Shown: in pieces, positions 1-9,507 of the stretch | How the letters are laid out: the number at the start of each line of letters is the position of its first letter | Numbering within the stretch: position 1 is the stretch's first letter | Virus record (IMG/VR): IMGVR_UViG_3300025033_000349 | Span: 1 to 25,363 of that record | Strand: one strand, 5' to 3' | DNA: 25,363 nucleotides | Source: a virus | Lineage: Duplodnaviria; Caudoviricetes | Position numbers and translations under genes: made by a program | Notes under the pieces: model-generated | Databases searched by the model: none | The model's input: the letters and a program-made list of their open reading frames with translations, nothing else | Told to the model about the DNA's origin: nothing

Positions 1-88
1 GATGTCGAACCCGCGCCCGTTTCGGCATACGCAGCACATCAATCTGCTGTTTCAGCGTTAAATCACCGGACAGCTTTAATGTCAGCAT
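1..88 (-). CDS. 5' part of phage virion morphogenesis / tail completion protein (P2 gpS-like), runs off the window
   Basis: ATG at 88-86 overlaps the upstream stop (TGATG); reads MLTLKLSGDLTLKQQIDVLRMPKRARVRH; position after the L and R genes. Confidence 0.6.
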   Translation of the reverse strand, partial: MLTLKLSGDLTLKQQIDVLRMPKRARVRH

Positions 89-564
89 CAGCGCGCCCCC
101 GTGGTCATGCCGATGGCTTCGGCAATACCCAGTTCATGGTTACCAAAGGTCCAGCGCTCGCCGTTGGCCACCACCGGTCCGTTACTGCTGCGCGTTAAAT
201 AAATTCCGTCGCGTACGTCCAGTGTGTATTCCACCTGCAGCACCTTGCCGCCGCCGCTTTGCTTTGTGGTGCTGCTGGTAATCACCTGCGGCGCACTCAA
301 ATCGCGGCGGGTGCATTCATCCAGCGAGCATTCCCAGTTGTGCAGCATCGCCAGCAACAGGCCGCCCCTGTGTGCGTGCATGGCTTCAATGCTCAACGCC
401 AGGCGATACTGGTAATCACAAAAGTGCAGCCCTTTTTCCGTCTCTTTTCCGCTGCCGATTTCTATCGTCCCCTGATCAATCCACAGGTCGAACGATTGCC
501 GGTTAATACCCAGTAATTTCAGGTTTTCCAGCAGCAGTGCGTTCAGACTTTCCAGTGTTTTCAC
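88..564 (-). CDS. phage tail completion protein (P2 gpR-like)
   Basis: 158 aa ORF directly after head completion gene; size and synteny of HP1/K139-type phages. Confidence 0.6.
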   Translation of the reverse strand: MKTLESLNALLLENLKLLGINRQSFDLWIDQGTIEIGSGKETEKGLHFCDYQYRLALSIEAMHAHRGGLLLAMLHNWECSLDECTRRDLSAPQVITSSTTKQSGGGKVLQVEYTLDVRDGIYLTRSSNGPVVANGERWTFGNHELGIAEAIGMTTGAR

Positions 565-572
565 CGCACCCC

Positions 573-1019
573 CTAAATCAGATACACGCCGGTTGCACTT
601 TCGCCGCTGATATTGGCGATTGCAGCGGTGGATTGTGCGGCGTACTGGTCGGCCACTTCGTTCCTGTCGTCGTCGGCCTGCATAGGTCGGCGGCTTAATA
701 AATCGGCCATAGCGGCTGAATAAACGGCGGTCTGGTACAGAACCACTAAAACACTGGACGCGCCGATTGTGTGGCCGTCCACTTCGGCCAGCCTGGTATA
801 TCCAGCGGCCTCTGACGTGCTTTTAAACCCTGACAAGCGCCGGTTTGTTTCGGCAGCGGCAAGAATCAACGCATTGCTGATCATGGCGTTGTCCAGTTCT
901 GCCGGTACTGCGTACTGCTGGCAAAAATTCGCCATATTCAGCGGCGGCCAGAAAGCAGCGTTGGCAATGTCGTCACTGCTGCGCTGTTGTTCCTGTGCGG
1001 CTGCCCATGAATACGTCAT
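573..1019 (-). CDS. head completion/stabilization protein (P2 gpL-like)
   Basis: N-terminal IANAAFWPPL motif and YQTAVYSAAMADL segment typical of gpL; follows the M gene. Confidence 0.85.
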   Translation of the reverse strand: MTYSWAAAQEQQRSSDDIANAAFWPPLNMANFCQQYAVPAELDNAMISNALILAAAETNRRLSGFKSTSEAAGYTRLAEVDGHTIGASSVLVVLYQTAVYSAAMADLLSRRPMQADDDRNEVADQYAAQSTAAIANISGESATGVYLI

Positions 1020-1125
1020 TTAATCGCCCTCAGCGTTAATAGGTGGGCGGCTTACTTAACCCTTTCAGACAGGCCTCTGCCTGAGCTGCTGAAAGTTAAG
1101 GGCCACCCGGTGGTGCGTGAGTCTT

Positions 1126-1890
1126 TTATTCGGTGTCAGCATCCGTGCTGTCGTTGTCCACACTGGGCAGGGGAATTCCCTGCTTTTCCAGTTCTTTAAC
1201 CACCTGTTTTTTCAGCGTGGTTACTTTGGCCGGGTGCTTTGGTGTGCCAAGTAAATCGGCTTTGGTCAGCTGCACAAATGCGGCTTCCCATTCGCCGTTA
1301 TCCGTTGCCAGCTGTCCGGCCAGCTTGTGGTATTTCATTTTTACGGCTTGCGGTACCGGCCAATCCGTAATCAGTGCAGCAATTTCAGAAAATAGCGGTT
1401 CCGGGCTATGTGATAACTTCACTTGCTGCTGTGCCCACTGCATGACTGCATCGGCGATAAATGTGGCGATATTTTTGGTGGTAAAGCGTGGCGGCAAGCG
1501 CTGGCCTTCCTCTACGCATTGCAGTGCCAACTCTTTAAACAAAACCGCATTACCCGCTGTGTGACCGGCAACCAGCAAGTCAAAGCACCAGATCATCATT
1601 TCCACAAGTATCGGGTTGGCGTACACATCGCCCTGCGCTTTGTAGGTTTCGACGTGTTCCATATAAATGGCAAAACGCTCAGCTTTAATTGCCGCTTTTT
1701 CTTCCAGTGACTTACCGGATAACAACACCAGATCCTGTTCCAGATTCATGCACAGGCTTTCAAAGCCTGACGCTGTTGTGGTCAGTTCGTTAACGGCTTC
1801 TGCGTCAGCAGATTCAATGGCAGCGCGTGTCTTCGCCTGCTCACGTTCTTTACGTTTACGTTCTGCCCAAAGGCGTGCTGGTGTAGTCAT
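1126..1890 (-). CDS. terminase small (endonuclease) subunit (P2 gpM-like)
   Basis: MTTPARLW start, MMIWCFD, LPPRF and KMKYHKLAG motifs; lies between N and L. Confidence 0.85.
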   Translation of the reverse strand: MTTPARLWAERKRKEREQAKTRAAIESADAEAVNELTTTASGFESLCMNLEQDLVLLSGKSLEEKAAIKAERFAIYMEHVETYKAQGDVYANPILVEMMIWCFDLLVAGHTAGNAVLFKELALQCVEEGQRLPPRFTTKNIATFIADAVMQWAQQQVKLSHSPEPLFSEIAALITDWPVPQAVKMKYHKLAGQLATDNGEWEAAFVQLTKADLLGTPKHPAKVTTLKKQVVKELEKQGIPLPSVDNDSTDADTE

Positions 1891-1922
1891 GGTGGTTATC
1901 CTGTGTATTTTCTTTTGTGCAT

Positions 1923-1950
1923 TTAATGGCCCCGGTTAAGGGGCCATTAA
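1923..1950. terminator. perfect 11-bp hairpin downstream of the capsid gene (terminator or mRNA stabilizer)
   Basis: TTAATGGCCCC-ggttaa-GGGGCCATTAA. Confidence 0.55.
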
Positions 1951-1974
1951 TTCATCGGCTATTGCCGCAGCCGA

Positions 1975-3039
1975 TCAGGCGAAATCGCCAGCCGGGGTAT
2001 TTTCGTTAACGATAACGACAGACTCCGGTTCAAGCGCCGCAATAGCGTACTTATCACCGATGGCATAGGCATCGTTCGAGCTGATCCAGTCGTTAATTCT
2101 GTTACGTTTCGGTTCGTCTTGATTCTGACGACGAGTGCGGTCTTCCTGGTAATACAGGTGCAGGTTTTTCAGGTCGGTTACCACCATGCCGTTATCAGGA
2201 AAGTTCGGCACCTGTACGGCTTTCCGGCCGCCGTAGGTTGCAGACAGGGTGGTGATACCCAGTTTCTTTTCAGACGGTGTGCCCGCATGTTCAGTCAGCA
2301 CTTTGCCCACGTCAGCGGCTACCAGAGCGGCACCAACAATCACCACTTCATCACCGGTACGACGTTCGACAGGAATCATCTGATACAGGTCATACGCTGC
2401 TGCATCCAGATTCTGGTAATCCTTGTTATTGGTGTTTTTACCAATGAAGATTTTACCAGTACCGGTGTGCTTACCTTCGCCGACGATTTTTTCCGGAACC
2501 TGATCACGCATGACCTGCAGCCAGCCTTTATTCACATCCTGACCCAGCGGATAGGTTGCTTTATTGGTTGTCGCCGCCGCATGAGTACCGTGCCAGCCAA
2601 TGGTGATACGGGTCAGCGCAATGGCTTTAAACACTGCCTTCATATAACGGCTGTAAAAGTCTTTGTAGCGGGCCCAAATATCCAAAGTCGGATATTTGAT
2701 GTACACATCAAAGTCTGTCTGTGCCACTTCCCAGGTTGTGCCATCCGGTGCGCCCAGTTCGGTACCAGAACGCTCACCAGAGCCACTGGTATCGGTACGG
2801 CCACCAATCATGCTAACGGCGGCCATATCCAGCGCCTGGCCTTTCATATCAACAACCGGGTGCATGCTGATCATTGTCAGGAATTCGGACGACGCCTGAA
2901 CACTGTCGTTCAGCTTTGTCTCAATCGGCTCCGAAACTGCAAACTGTTCACCTGCAACCACGCCGCTGGCTGCAACGGAATTGGCCACGGCAATGGCGAA
3001 CAGCAGTTTTTTAAATTTAGTTTTGGTTTCATTACGCAT
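1975..3039 (-). CDS. major capsid protein, P2 family (gpN)
   Basis: IGWHGTHAAATT, LGQDVNKGWLQ, VPNFP and LKNLHLYYQ motifs of the P2 capsid. Confidence 0.95.
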   Translation of the reverse strand: MRNETKTKFKKLLFAIAVANSVAASGVVAGEQFAVSEPIETKLNDSVQASSEFLTMISMHPVVDMKGQALDMAAVSMIGGRTDTSGSGERSGTELGAPDGTTWEVAQTDFDVYIKYPTLDIWARYKDFYSRYMKAVFKAIALTRITIGWHGTHAAATTNKATYPLGQDVNKGWLQVMRDQVPEKIVGEGKHTGTGKIFIGKNTNNKDYQNLDAAAYDLYQMIPVERRTGDEVVIVGAALVAADVGKVLTEHAGTPSEKKLGITTLSATYGGRKAVQVPNFPDNGMVVTDLKNLHLYYQEDRTRRQNQDEPKRNRINDWISSNDAYAIGDKYAIAALEPESVVIVNENTPAGDFA

Positions 3040-3097
3040 ATCGGTTTCCCTTTTCTTTCAGCTGTTCAGCCTTGCTTGCGTTCAGTGGATTTTTAAA

Positions 3098-3970
3098 TCA
3101 GCAGACAGAAGAAATATCTTCGTCTTCAGACGGGCCAGTTAAATCATTGAACTGAGTGTTATTGCCCGGTGTTTTTTTCAGCTCTGCGAACTGCTCTTCA
3201 AGATTCTTCTGACCGTCCTGAATGGCTTTCAGAGTTTTAGAAAGTTCAGCAGCACTGAATTGTTTATCGTCGCCATCATCTCCAGCCGGTGGCGTTGCCG
3301 GTTCCGGTTCTTTTTTCAGTTCAGCAATGGCTGTGGTGAACTTTTCGCCCTGGGCTTCAATGGCTGAAGTAAAGGCGGTGGTCAGTTGTTTCAGTTGTTC
3401 ATGTGTCATAGCGTCTTCGTCCTGTTCAGGTTCTTGTGTCTGTTGAATGGGTGAGTGGGTGCTGAAGCGGTCCATCAGACTACGCAAACCACCCATAAAG
3501 CTGGTGAACTTATCGCCCTGGCTATCCTGCACGGTAAATTCCAGCGGCTTAGGTTCGGTGAACAGCGGCTTTTCACCATTAGGCAGCGCGCTGAATTTCA
3601 TCATGTCGGTGCCAATGCTTGATGGCTTATCGGTAACCGCGAGACGGAACAAATACCACTTACCTTCCACTTCTTTCGGCCAGATGCTGAACCAGAGGCG
3701 CTGCCCCATCCGGTTCATTTCCATCAGCCGGAAATTAGCGTTCAGTTTTCCTTCCAGTGACACCCGCCCAACTTTTTCACCCAGTCGGACTTCAGCAACA
3801 TGGCCATAGGCTCCGAAGTAATCCAGCTCATGGTCAGCATCAATAACGGCGGTGTAATAATTCGGGTCATAGCGTTCCGCCATGTCGCGCAGCCATTCCT
3901 CTTCGATTACTCGACCATCTACGGTTTCGCCTGCTGTTGCTAACGTGAACCACTGATCAATTACCGGCAT
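3098..3970 (-). CDS. capsid scaffolding protein/protease (P2 gpO)
   Basis: WFTLATAGETVDGRVI and LAVTDKPSSIGT motifs; likely start ATG 3970 after a G-rich RBS rather than the ORF-track start at 4045. Confidence 0.9.
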   Translation of the reverse strand: MPVIDQWFTLATAGETVDGRVIEEEWLRDMAERYDPNYYTAVIDADHELDYFGAYGHVAEVRLGEKVGRVSLEGKLNANFRLMEMNRMGQRLWFSIWPKEVEGKWYLFRLAVTDKPSSIGTDMMKFSALPNGEKPLFTEPKPLEFTVQDSQGDKFTSFMGGLRSLMDRFSTHSPIQQTQEPEQDEDAMTHEQLKQLTTAFTSAIEAQGEKFTTAIAELKKEPEPATPPAGDDGDDKQFSAAELSKTLKAIQDGQKNLEEQFAELKKTPGNNTQFNDLTGPSEDEDISSVC

Positions 3971-4194
3971 TACATATCCCCGCCCTTTATTCGTTTTCGC
4001 TTCTGCGTTCGGCTCATTGCCTTTCGATATGTGCAGACTAGCCATTTAAAACGCGGTTTTTTAGCGGCAAAAATTCGCTATTTTTCTATTTGCTTATATC
4101 CAGAAGCCTTTAAAAATATTCGCCGCGTTTTTATATCGCCGGGTTTATACACTGCAGAAAATCACCGCATTAACCGGCACAGAATTCTGCAGAT

Positions 4195-6066
4195 ATGGCG
4201 AAACGATACTCAGACGACATCAAAGCGCTGGCGCGTACCCTGTTTATAAAGCGGGTAACGGTTCCGGATATTGCGCGGGAAACCGGCGTTCCCCGCCGCA
4301 CTCTTTCTGACTGGATTGAAAAAGACGGCTGGCACGACCTGGTAAAGACAGACGACATTGAAGAAGCCTATAACCGCCGCATCCTGACCATACTGAGCAG
4401 CAAAGAAACCCTGACACCTGCACAGCTGAACGAAATAGAGCGGCTGCAGACGCTGCTGGCCAAGCATCAGAAAATTCAGGGCCGCATTGCAGCGGTAACC
4501 CTGCCCGGCGACCCTGACCCTATCCAGATGCAGGCCCACCACCTGCAAACCAGCCTGCCGCTGGATGCAGACCACCAGGCAGCGGTTAAGGCACAGCACA
4601 ATGCTGAAGTGACCGGTGGCCGTAAAAAGAAAAAACAGAAGAACGACTTCAGCGGCATCAGCCGTGATGAAATTCTGGAAAAGCTGAAAAGCAAGCTATT
4701 CCCATACCAGTGGGCAGAATTTCAGAAGCTGCTTAACGACCCTGATAACGAAAAATTCCGCCGCCGCTTTTATCTGAAGTCACGGCAGATCGGCTGGACG
4801 TTTTACTGTTCGGCCGAAGCGTTCGCGCTTGCACTTCTGGAAGGCCGCAACAAGGCTTTTCTGTCGGCCAGTAAAAATCAGTCACGCCTTTTTAAGCGCT
4901 ATATTTTGGCGTTCGCAATGGAGTGGTTCGGCGTTGAAGTAAAAGGCGGTGATGAAGTTACCATTCATACCGACCACGGCCCGGTGACGTTCTGGTTTTT
5001 ATCGACCAACAGCAGCACAGCACAAGGCCCGTCCGGTGACGTGTATCTGGATGAAGTGTTCTGGATTCGGGACTTTGAAAAGCTGAATAAGCTGGCCGGT
5101 GCCATTGCATCGCACAAGCATTACCGCAAAACGTATTTTTCAACGCCGTCCGTTAAATCGCACGACGCTTACGCGCTTTGGAGTGGAGAGGAATATCAGA
5201 AGGTACAAGAAAAACGGCCGCACCTGCCGCCGTTTGAAATGCCTAATAAAAAGCAGCTGAACCTTGGCCATGCCGCTAATGATGGCATGTATCGCAAAGT
5301 CATCACCATTCACGATGCCATGGCCGGCGGCTGTAATCTTTTCCGCCTGTCTGATTTAGAAATTGAGAACGTGCCGGAAGTCTTCCGGCAGCTGTATGAG
5401 TGCGAATTCATCGACGACCAGAACAGCGCCTTTATTCTTAACCAGCTGCTGGGCTGCGCCGCCAATGATGACCGCTGGCACGGATTTAAACCCGGTGCTG
5501 CACGTCCCTATGGCAACCGCCCGGTGGCCATTGGTTACGACCCAAGCCGCACCCGCGACTGGGCCGAAGTGGTTGTGCTTGCAATTCCGACAACCGCCGG
5601 TGGCCGCTTTACGCTGCTGGAACGCATCAGCATGAAAAACGAAAACTGGCAGTTCCAGGCGCAAAGCATTAAGGAACTGTGCGACCGCTACAACGTGGTG
5701 TTTATCGGCATTGACTGCACCGGCCCCGGTAACGGTGTGTTTGAACAGGTGCAGAACTTCTATCCGTCTGCGACGCCGATTCACTATAGCGTGGACGCAA
5801 AAACCCGGCTTGTGCTGAAAGCACAAGCGGTTATCTCAAAAGACCGCATCCGCTGGTCAGCTGACCACGTAGACATACCCATGGCATTTATGGCCATCCG
5901 CCGTCAGGCCACCGGCAGCGGTATCAGTTACGTGGCCGCCCGCGACAGCAAGATAGGCCACGCAGACGTTGCCTGGGCAATCATGCACGCCCTGCAAGTA
6001 GAAGACCTGACCGCCGACACCCCAAACGACAAGAAAACCACCGTTATCATCAGTGAGGCCGCGTAA
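4195..6066 (+). CDS. terminase large (ATPase) subunit (P2 gpP)
   Basis: N-terminal HTH, LKSRQIGWT Walker A, VYLDEVFW Walker B, FSTPS, GYDPSR and GHADVAWA nuclease motifs; divergent from O. Confidence 0.95.
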   Translation: MAKRYSDDIKALARTLFIKRVTVPDIARETGVPRRTLSDWIEKDGWHDLVKTDDIEEAYNRRILTILSSKETLTPAQLNEIERLQTLLAKHQKIQGRIAAVTLPGDPDPIQMQAHHLQTSLPLDADHQAAVKAQHNAEVTGGRKKKKQKNDFSGISRDEILEKLKSKLFPYQWAEFQKLLNDPDNEKFRRRFYLKSRQIGWTFYCSAEAFALALLEGRNKAFLSASKNQSRLFKRYILAFAMEWFGVEVKGGDEVTIHTDHGPVTFWFLSTNSSTAQGPSGDVYLDEVFWIRDFEKLNKLAGAIASHKHYRKTYFSTPSVKSHDAYALWSGEEYQKVQEKRPHLPPFEMPNKKQLNLGHAANDGMYRKVITIHDAMAGGCNLFRLSDLEIENVPEVFRQLYECEFIDDQNSAFILNQLLGCAANDDRWHGFKPGAARPYGNRPVAIGYDPSRTRDWAEVVVLAIPTTAGGRFTLLERISMKNENWQFQAQSIKELCDRYNVVFIGIDCTGPGNGVFEQVQNFYPSATPIHYSVDAKTRLVLKAQAVISKDRIRWSADHVDIPMAFMAIRRQATGSGISYVAARDSKIGHADVAWAIMHALQVEDLTADTPNDKKTTVIISEAA

Positions 6067-7118
6067 TGAGCAAGCGCCGTAAACCAGCACGACAAACTGC
6101 ACGACAACCAGCAAAAAATCAGCAGCACACAGCAGAAGCGGCGGCCGGGGCCGTTGGGTTTTCGTTCGGCGATCCGGAACCCGTGGTAAACGGTCTGGCC
6201 GATATTCTGGGCGTGTATTACTACGAAGACGCCGATTATTACACCCCGCCCCTGCTGCCCAGCGGGTTAGATACTCTGGCGCGTAAAAACGGCATTCACC
6301 GCCGCTGTATTAACTTCAAAATGCAGCAAGCCAGCATCTGCTATCAGCCGCAGACAAACGGTATGCCGAAACGCGATTTCGCCCGCTGTGCGCGTGACCT
6401 GCAGACATTCGGTTATTTCTTTTTTCAGGAAATCCGCGGCGTACTCGGCAACCTATTGGGTTACCGCCATGTGCCAGCGCTGAATATGCGTGTGCGCCCT
6501 AAAGGAAAGCATCTGATGCTGGTTAACGGCTCGCAGGGCCGCATTGAATTTGAACGCGGTGAAATTCACATGGGGCTGCAGTACGACACCGGCCAAAGCA
6601 TCTACGGCGTGCCAGATTGGATTGGCGGCCTGCAGGACGTATTTTTAAGCAGCGAAAGTACCCTGTTCCGACGCCGCTATTTTCTGAACGGCTCGCACAT
6701 GGGGTACATCCTGTACACCACCGACAAGAACATGGACAAAGACCTGGAAAAGAAAATTGCAGAAGCCGTGAAACAGAGCAAAGGCCCCGGCAATTTCCGC
6801 AGCATGTACCTGAATATTCCCGGTGGTGACAAAGACGCGGTAAAGCTAATCCCGGTTGGCGACATTGGCCAGAAAGACGAATTCAACACCATCAAAACGA
6901 TCAGCAAAAACGAAATTCTGATCGCCCACGGCATGCAACCCGCACTTGCAGGTATGGCCCCCGACAACGCCGGCGGCTTTGGTGATATTGAAAAGATTCA
7001 TCGGTTCTACCGCCAGAACGAGGTACGCGCCCAGGTAGAACCCTTTATGGAAATGAACGACATTCTGGGGCGCCCTGTGTTTGATTTTGACTTTGATACC
7101 GGAGTTGACATTCAGTGA
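6066..7118 (+). CDS. portal protein, PBSX/P2 gpQ family
   Basis: FSFGDPEP, IYGVPDW, FRRRYFLNGSHMGYI, GPGNFRSM and GGFGDIEK motifs. Confidence 0.95.
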   Translation: MSKRRKPARQTARQPAKNQQHTAEAAAGAVGFSFGDPEPVVNGLADILGVYYYEDADYYTPPLLPSGLDTLARKNGIHRRCINFKMQQASICYQPQTNGMPKRDFARCARDLQTFGYFFFQEIRGVLGNLLGYRHVPALNMRVRPKGKHLMLVNGSQGRIEFERGEIHMGLQYDTGQSIYGVPDWIGGLQDVFLSSESTLFRRRYFLNGSHMGYILYTTDKNMDKDLEKKIAEAVKQSKGPGNFRSMYLNIPGGDKDAVKLIPVGDIGQKDEFNTIKTISKNEILIAHGMQPALAGMAPDNAGGFGDIEKIHRFYRQNEVRAQVEPFMEMNDILGRPVFDFDFDTGVDIQ

Positions 7119-7222
7119 ACCGAAACGAAAAACCCGTGAATGCTGATATTTTGCACAGTCGTGGTTATAATTTGTCGCGTGCTCTTATTGAGCCGCGCCA
7201 GCTAATCACCGAGGTTTCCGCC

Positions 7223-7486
7223 ATGCGTATCAAATGCCCTGACTGCCAGCAGAAGGCCACCGTCTACAGCCGCGCCAATACCTCCGATGATATGAACTCC
7301 GTTTATGCACGCTGCACTAATCGCCAGTGTGAAAAATTCGACAATTCTTTTGTCAGTCACGTTGCCTTCAGTCACTGGATTAATCCGAAAGAAGCCGCCA
7401 TTCAACTGACGTTTGAAATGCTCTTTGACCAGCTGCCCCACGCTAATCGTGCAGAGCTTGTGCAGCAGCTGGCCGCCCGTGTTTAA
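7223..7486 (+). CDS. ogr: Ogr/Delta-like zinc-finger late transcription activator
   Basis: MRIKCPDC...YARCTNRQC; GAGG RBS before ATG 7223; position after portal as in K139-like phages. Confidence 0.85.
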   Translation: MRIKCPDCQQKATVYSRANTSDDMNSVYARCTNRQCEKFDNSFVSHVAFSHWINPKEAAIQLTFEMLFDQLPHANRAELVQQLAARV

Positions 7487-7515
7487 CCCTCCCCTGTGTT
7501 TTTAACCCCTGTTTT

Positions 7516-7701
7516 TTAACCCTCGATTGTTCTCCTGATTATCTCCCTTACCTGCTCCAGTATCAGCGTTACCCCGGCCACCTCCCTGTCTGAGAGCACT
7601 AAATCCTGATTTGGTGCTTTCGCTGCAAGTAACCCGCACAGTCCGCTGAGTATCTCTTCAGCATTATCAAGTGCTTGCACTACTGGTATTGCTTCTGACA
7701 T
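7516..7701 (-). CDS. small helical hypothetical protein (61 aa)
   Basis: AAGGAGAAAGGA RBS before ATG 7701; divergent from the XRE gene. Confidence 0.55.
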   Translation of the reverse strand: MSEAIPVVQALDNAEEILSGLCGLLAAKAPNQDLVLSDREVAGVTLILEQVREIIRRTIEG

Positions 7702-7808
7702 TCGTCCTTTCTCCTTGTCTATCGTCACTGCTCACAGCGACTTGAAGTTAACTTCATTCAACAACCTGCGCCTGTGCCATACCGTGAACGCTTTTTAAGC
7801 GCCCCTTT

Positions 7809-8024
7809 ATGTCATCAATCAAGGTACAGTTCGGCAGTCGCCTGCGTCAGTTGCGCATAGCGCGCAACATCACACAGCTGCAATTGGCAGAGGCTTGCGG
7901 GGTATCAGTTGAATCCATCAGTAATATCGAACGAGGCAAGCATGGCCCGCGTTTAGAACTGATTTCCGATCTGGCATTCTCGCTATCTGTTCCAGTTTCT
8001 GAGCTGTTTCAGTTCGATAACTGA
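7809..8024 (+). CDS. XRE/Cro-C1 family HTH regulator (71 aa)
   Basis: FGSRLRQLR...TQLQLAEACGVSVESISNIERG HTH_3 signature. Confidence 0.9.
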   Translation: MSSIKVQFGSRLRQLRIARNITQLQLAEACGVSVESISNIERGKHGPRLELISDLAFSLSVPVSELFQFDN

Positions 8025-8131
8025 CACTGAGCATATTATCTAAAAACTACTGCCTGTTGTGCTCACAAATGAGCAGCTATGACAGATTTTGTCTAACATT
8101 CGCCTACATTTGAGCAACCCGGTTCTTACAC

Positions 8132-8440
8132 ATGGTTAACATGGTTACTGGACGGGAATGGCGAGCTATCAGGGAAGAAGTTTTGCGACTGAACCAACAG
8201 CAATTTGCAGATGCAATAGGCACCAGCAGGCAGCGGGTTAGCCGTGTTGAGCGTAATAAGGCTGAATACACCTTCAGCGAACTTTCAGCGTTACAAGATC
8301 GCATCGGGCTTCCCCTAACCTACCTATTAAATATTGATCACAATCCGCCCGCGTGGCTCAGCCTGTACGCCACCCTCGATAAATCCCAACAACGGCAGCT
8401 CGACGGTTTTATCCTTGCGGCCATAAAATTACTCAAATAA
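8132..8440 (+). CDS. XRE family HTH regulator (about 100 aa)
   Basis: LNQQQFADAIGTSRQRVSRVERN HTH_3 signature. Confidence 0.85.
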   Translation: MVNMVTGREWRAIREEVLRLNQQQFADAIGTSRQRVSRVERNKAEYTFSELSALQDRIGLPLTYLLNIDHNPPAWLSLYATLDKSQQRQLDGFILAAIKLLK

Positions 8441-8477
8441 TGTAGACTTTTATCTACACTGTAGTATTATGTCTACA
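8441..8477 (+). promoter_or_regulatory. promoter with two tandem 18-bp palindromic operators for the HicAB-like pair
   Basis: TGTAGA-N6-TCTACA (8441-8458) and TGTAGT-N6-TCTACA (8460-8477) overlapping -35 TAGACT and -10 TATTAT. Confidence 0.75.
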
Positions 8478-8508
8478 TCGAAACGGGAATGCAGGAGGTG
8501 CCAAGTCG

Positions 8509-8733
8509 ATGAAGAAACACCCCAACAAAGAGATCAGAGCCGCGATTGAAGCGGCGCTGGCAGGGGGTTGGGAGATAGTGGAGCCGGGCAAATCAGCCCA
8601 CTGTTACTGCAGGCTCCGGTGCGGTACAGCAGAACACAGAGATTGTATTTTCTCTGTCTGGAGTACCCCCAAAAACCCCCAGCAACACGCTGAAATGATC
8701 TTAAAGAAAGTCAGGCGGTGCGCCCCCGAATAG
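8509..8733 (+). CDS. HicA-like toxin (basic, 74 aa)
   Basis: GW...GKSAH...VWSTP pattern compatible with the HicA dsRBD fold; AGGAGG RBS; upstream of an acidic partner. Confidence 0.6.
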   Translation: MKKHPNKEIRAAIEAALAGGWEIVEPGKSAHCYCRLRCGTAEHRDCIFSVWSTPKNPQQHAEMILKKVRRCAPE

Positions 8734-8793
8734 GGGGCAAGCTCTGAATGATGGGGAATTGATAGGCACCTTAACTTTTAGAGACATTAACTT

Positions 8794-9273
8794 ATGAATA
8801 CTTACGAATTTACCATTACTCTGGCCGGGGTTGATCTGGCCACCGAAGACCTGGAAGACCGCATTGTGGCGGCGGGCTGTGACGATGCCCTGCTGTGCTT
8901 CTGCGGCGACACGCCATATCTGGAGTTTGAGCGCCAGGCAAACAACGCAGAAATGGCTATCCGCACTGCACTGGCAGAGCTGGCCGAAGTTGGACTGCAG
9001 GCAGCATCCATTCAGGAAGCAGGCTATGTAACGGTGACCGGCGCAGCAGCAATGGCCGACATCAAGAAAGGAACCCTTGACCACTACGCCAAAGGCCGAC
9101 GCGGTGAGGGCTTCCCAGCGCCCCGCTACGGCCTTCAAACGGGTACCCCGCTGTACTGGTGGCCGGAAGTGGCTGAATGGCTTGTGAGCAACGACAAGGC
9201 ACCGGCTACGCTGGCAGAAACAGCACAGGCAGCGGTTAAGCTGTCGCCCGACCATGACCGGCTGTGTGCTTAA
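8794..9273 (+). CDS. HicB-like antitoxin with C-terminal AlpA/Xis-type HTH
   Basis: acidic N-domain (AGCDDAL, LEFER) plus GFPAP...PLYWWPEVAEWL winged-HTH end. Confidence 0.6.
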   Translation: MNTYEFTITLAGVDLATEDLEDRIVAAGCDDALLCFCGDTPYLEFERQANNAEMAIRTALAELAEVGLQAASIQEAGYVTVTGAAAMADIKKGTLDHYAKGRRGEGFPAPRYGLQTGTPLYWWPEVAEWLVSNDKAPATLAETAQAAVKLSPDHDRLCA

Positions 9274-9287
9274 CCACTAATTTCCCG

Positions 9288-9335
9288 GCCATTAATAAAA
9301 AGCCCCGGTAAGTTCCGGGGCTTTTTATTAATGGC
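9288..9335. terminator. bidirectional intrinsic terminator
   Basis: perfect 21-bp inverted repeat GCCATTAATAAAAAGCCCCGG / CCGGGGCTTTTTATTAATGGC with 6-nt loop, between convergent operons. Confidence 0.9.
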
Positions 9336-9502
9336 TATCTTTTTAGCTCTCTACGGTAACTGTAAAGCGCATCATCTACGACGATGAAATCCTTTTTAAG
9401 CCATTGTGTGACCTGGGCCGGTGCAACTCCTTGCGCTGCTGCAAAGGCTCTCTGAGAACCCCCGAATTCCTCGGCGATATACTCGCCGAGGTTTAAGGCC
9501 AC
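9335..9502 (-). CDS. anti-CRISPR-associated HTH protein, Aca5-like (55 aa, absent from the ORF track)
   Basis: hand translation from GTG 9502: MALNLGEYIAEEFGGSQRAFAAAQGVAPAQVTQWLKKDFIVVDDALYSYRRELKR; matches the recalled Aca5 pattern L.EYI...FGG...AFA...GV....V..W.K....V...Y...RRE. Confidence 0.75.
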   Translation of the reverse strand: MALNLGEYIAEEFGGSQRAFAAAQGVAPAQVTQWLKKDFIVVDDALYSYRRELKR

Positions 9503-9507
9503 AGGTC

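Noticed and set aside
2119-3096. 325-aa plus-strand ORF
   Set aside because: Antisense shadow of the capsid gene with no motifs
7482-7522. Three TTTAACCC repeats as a cos or binding site
   Set aside because: Short, irregularly spaced and unlike the P2 cos; no cos site could be identified in the window
9469-9491. CCTCGGCGA inverted repeat as a terminator
   Set aside because: Lies inside the aca-like coding sequence and lacks a U tract
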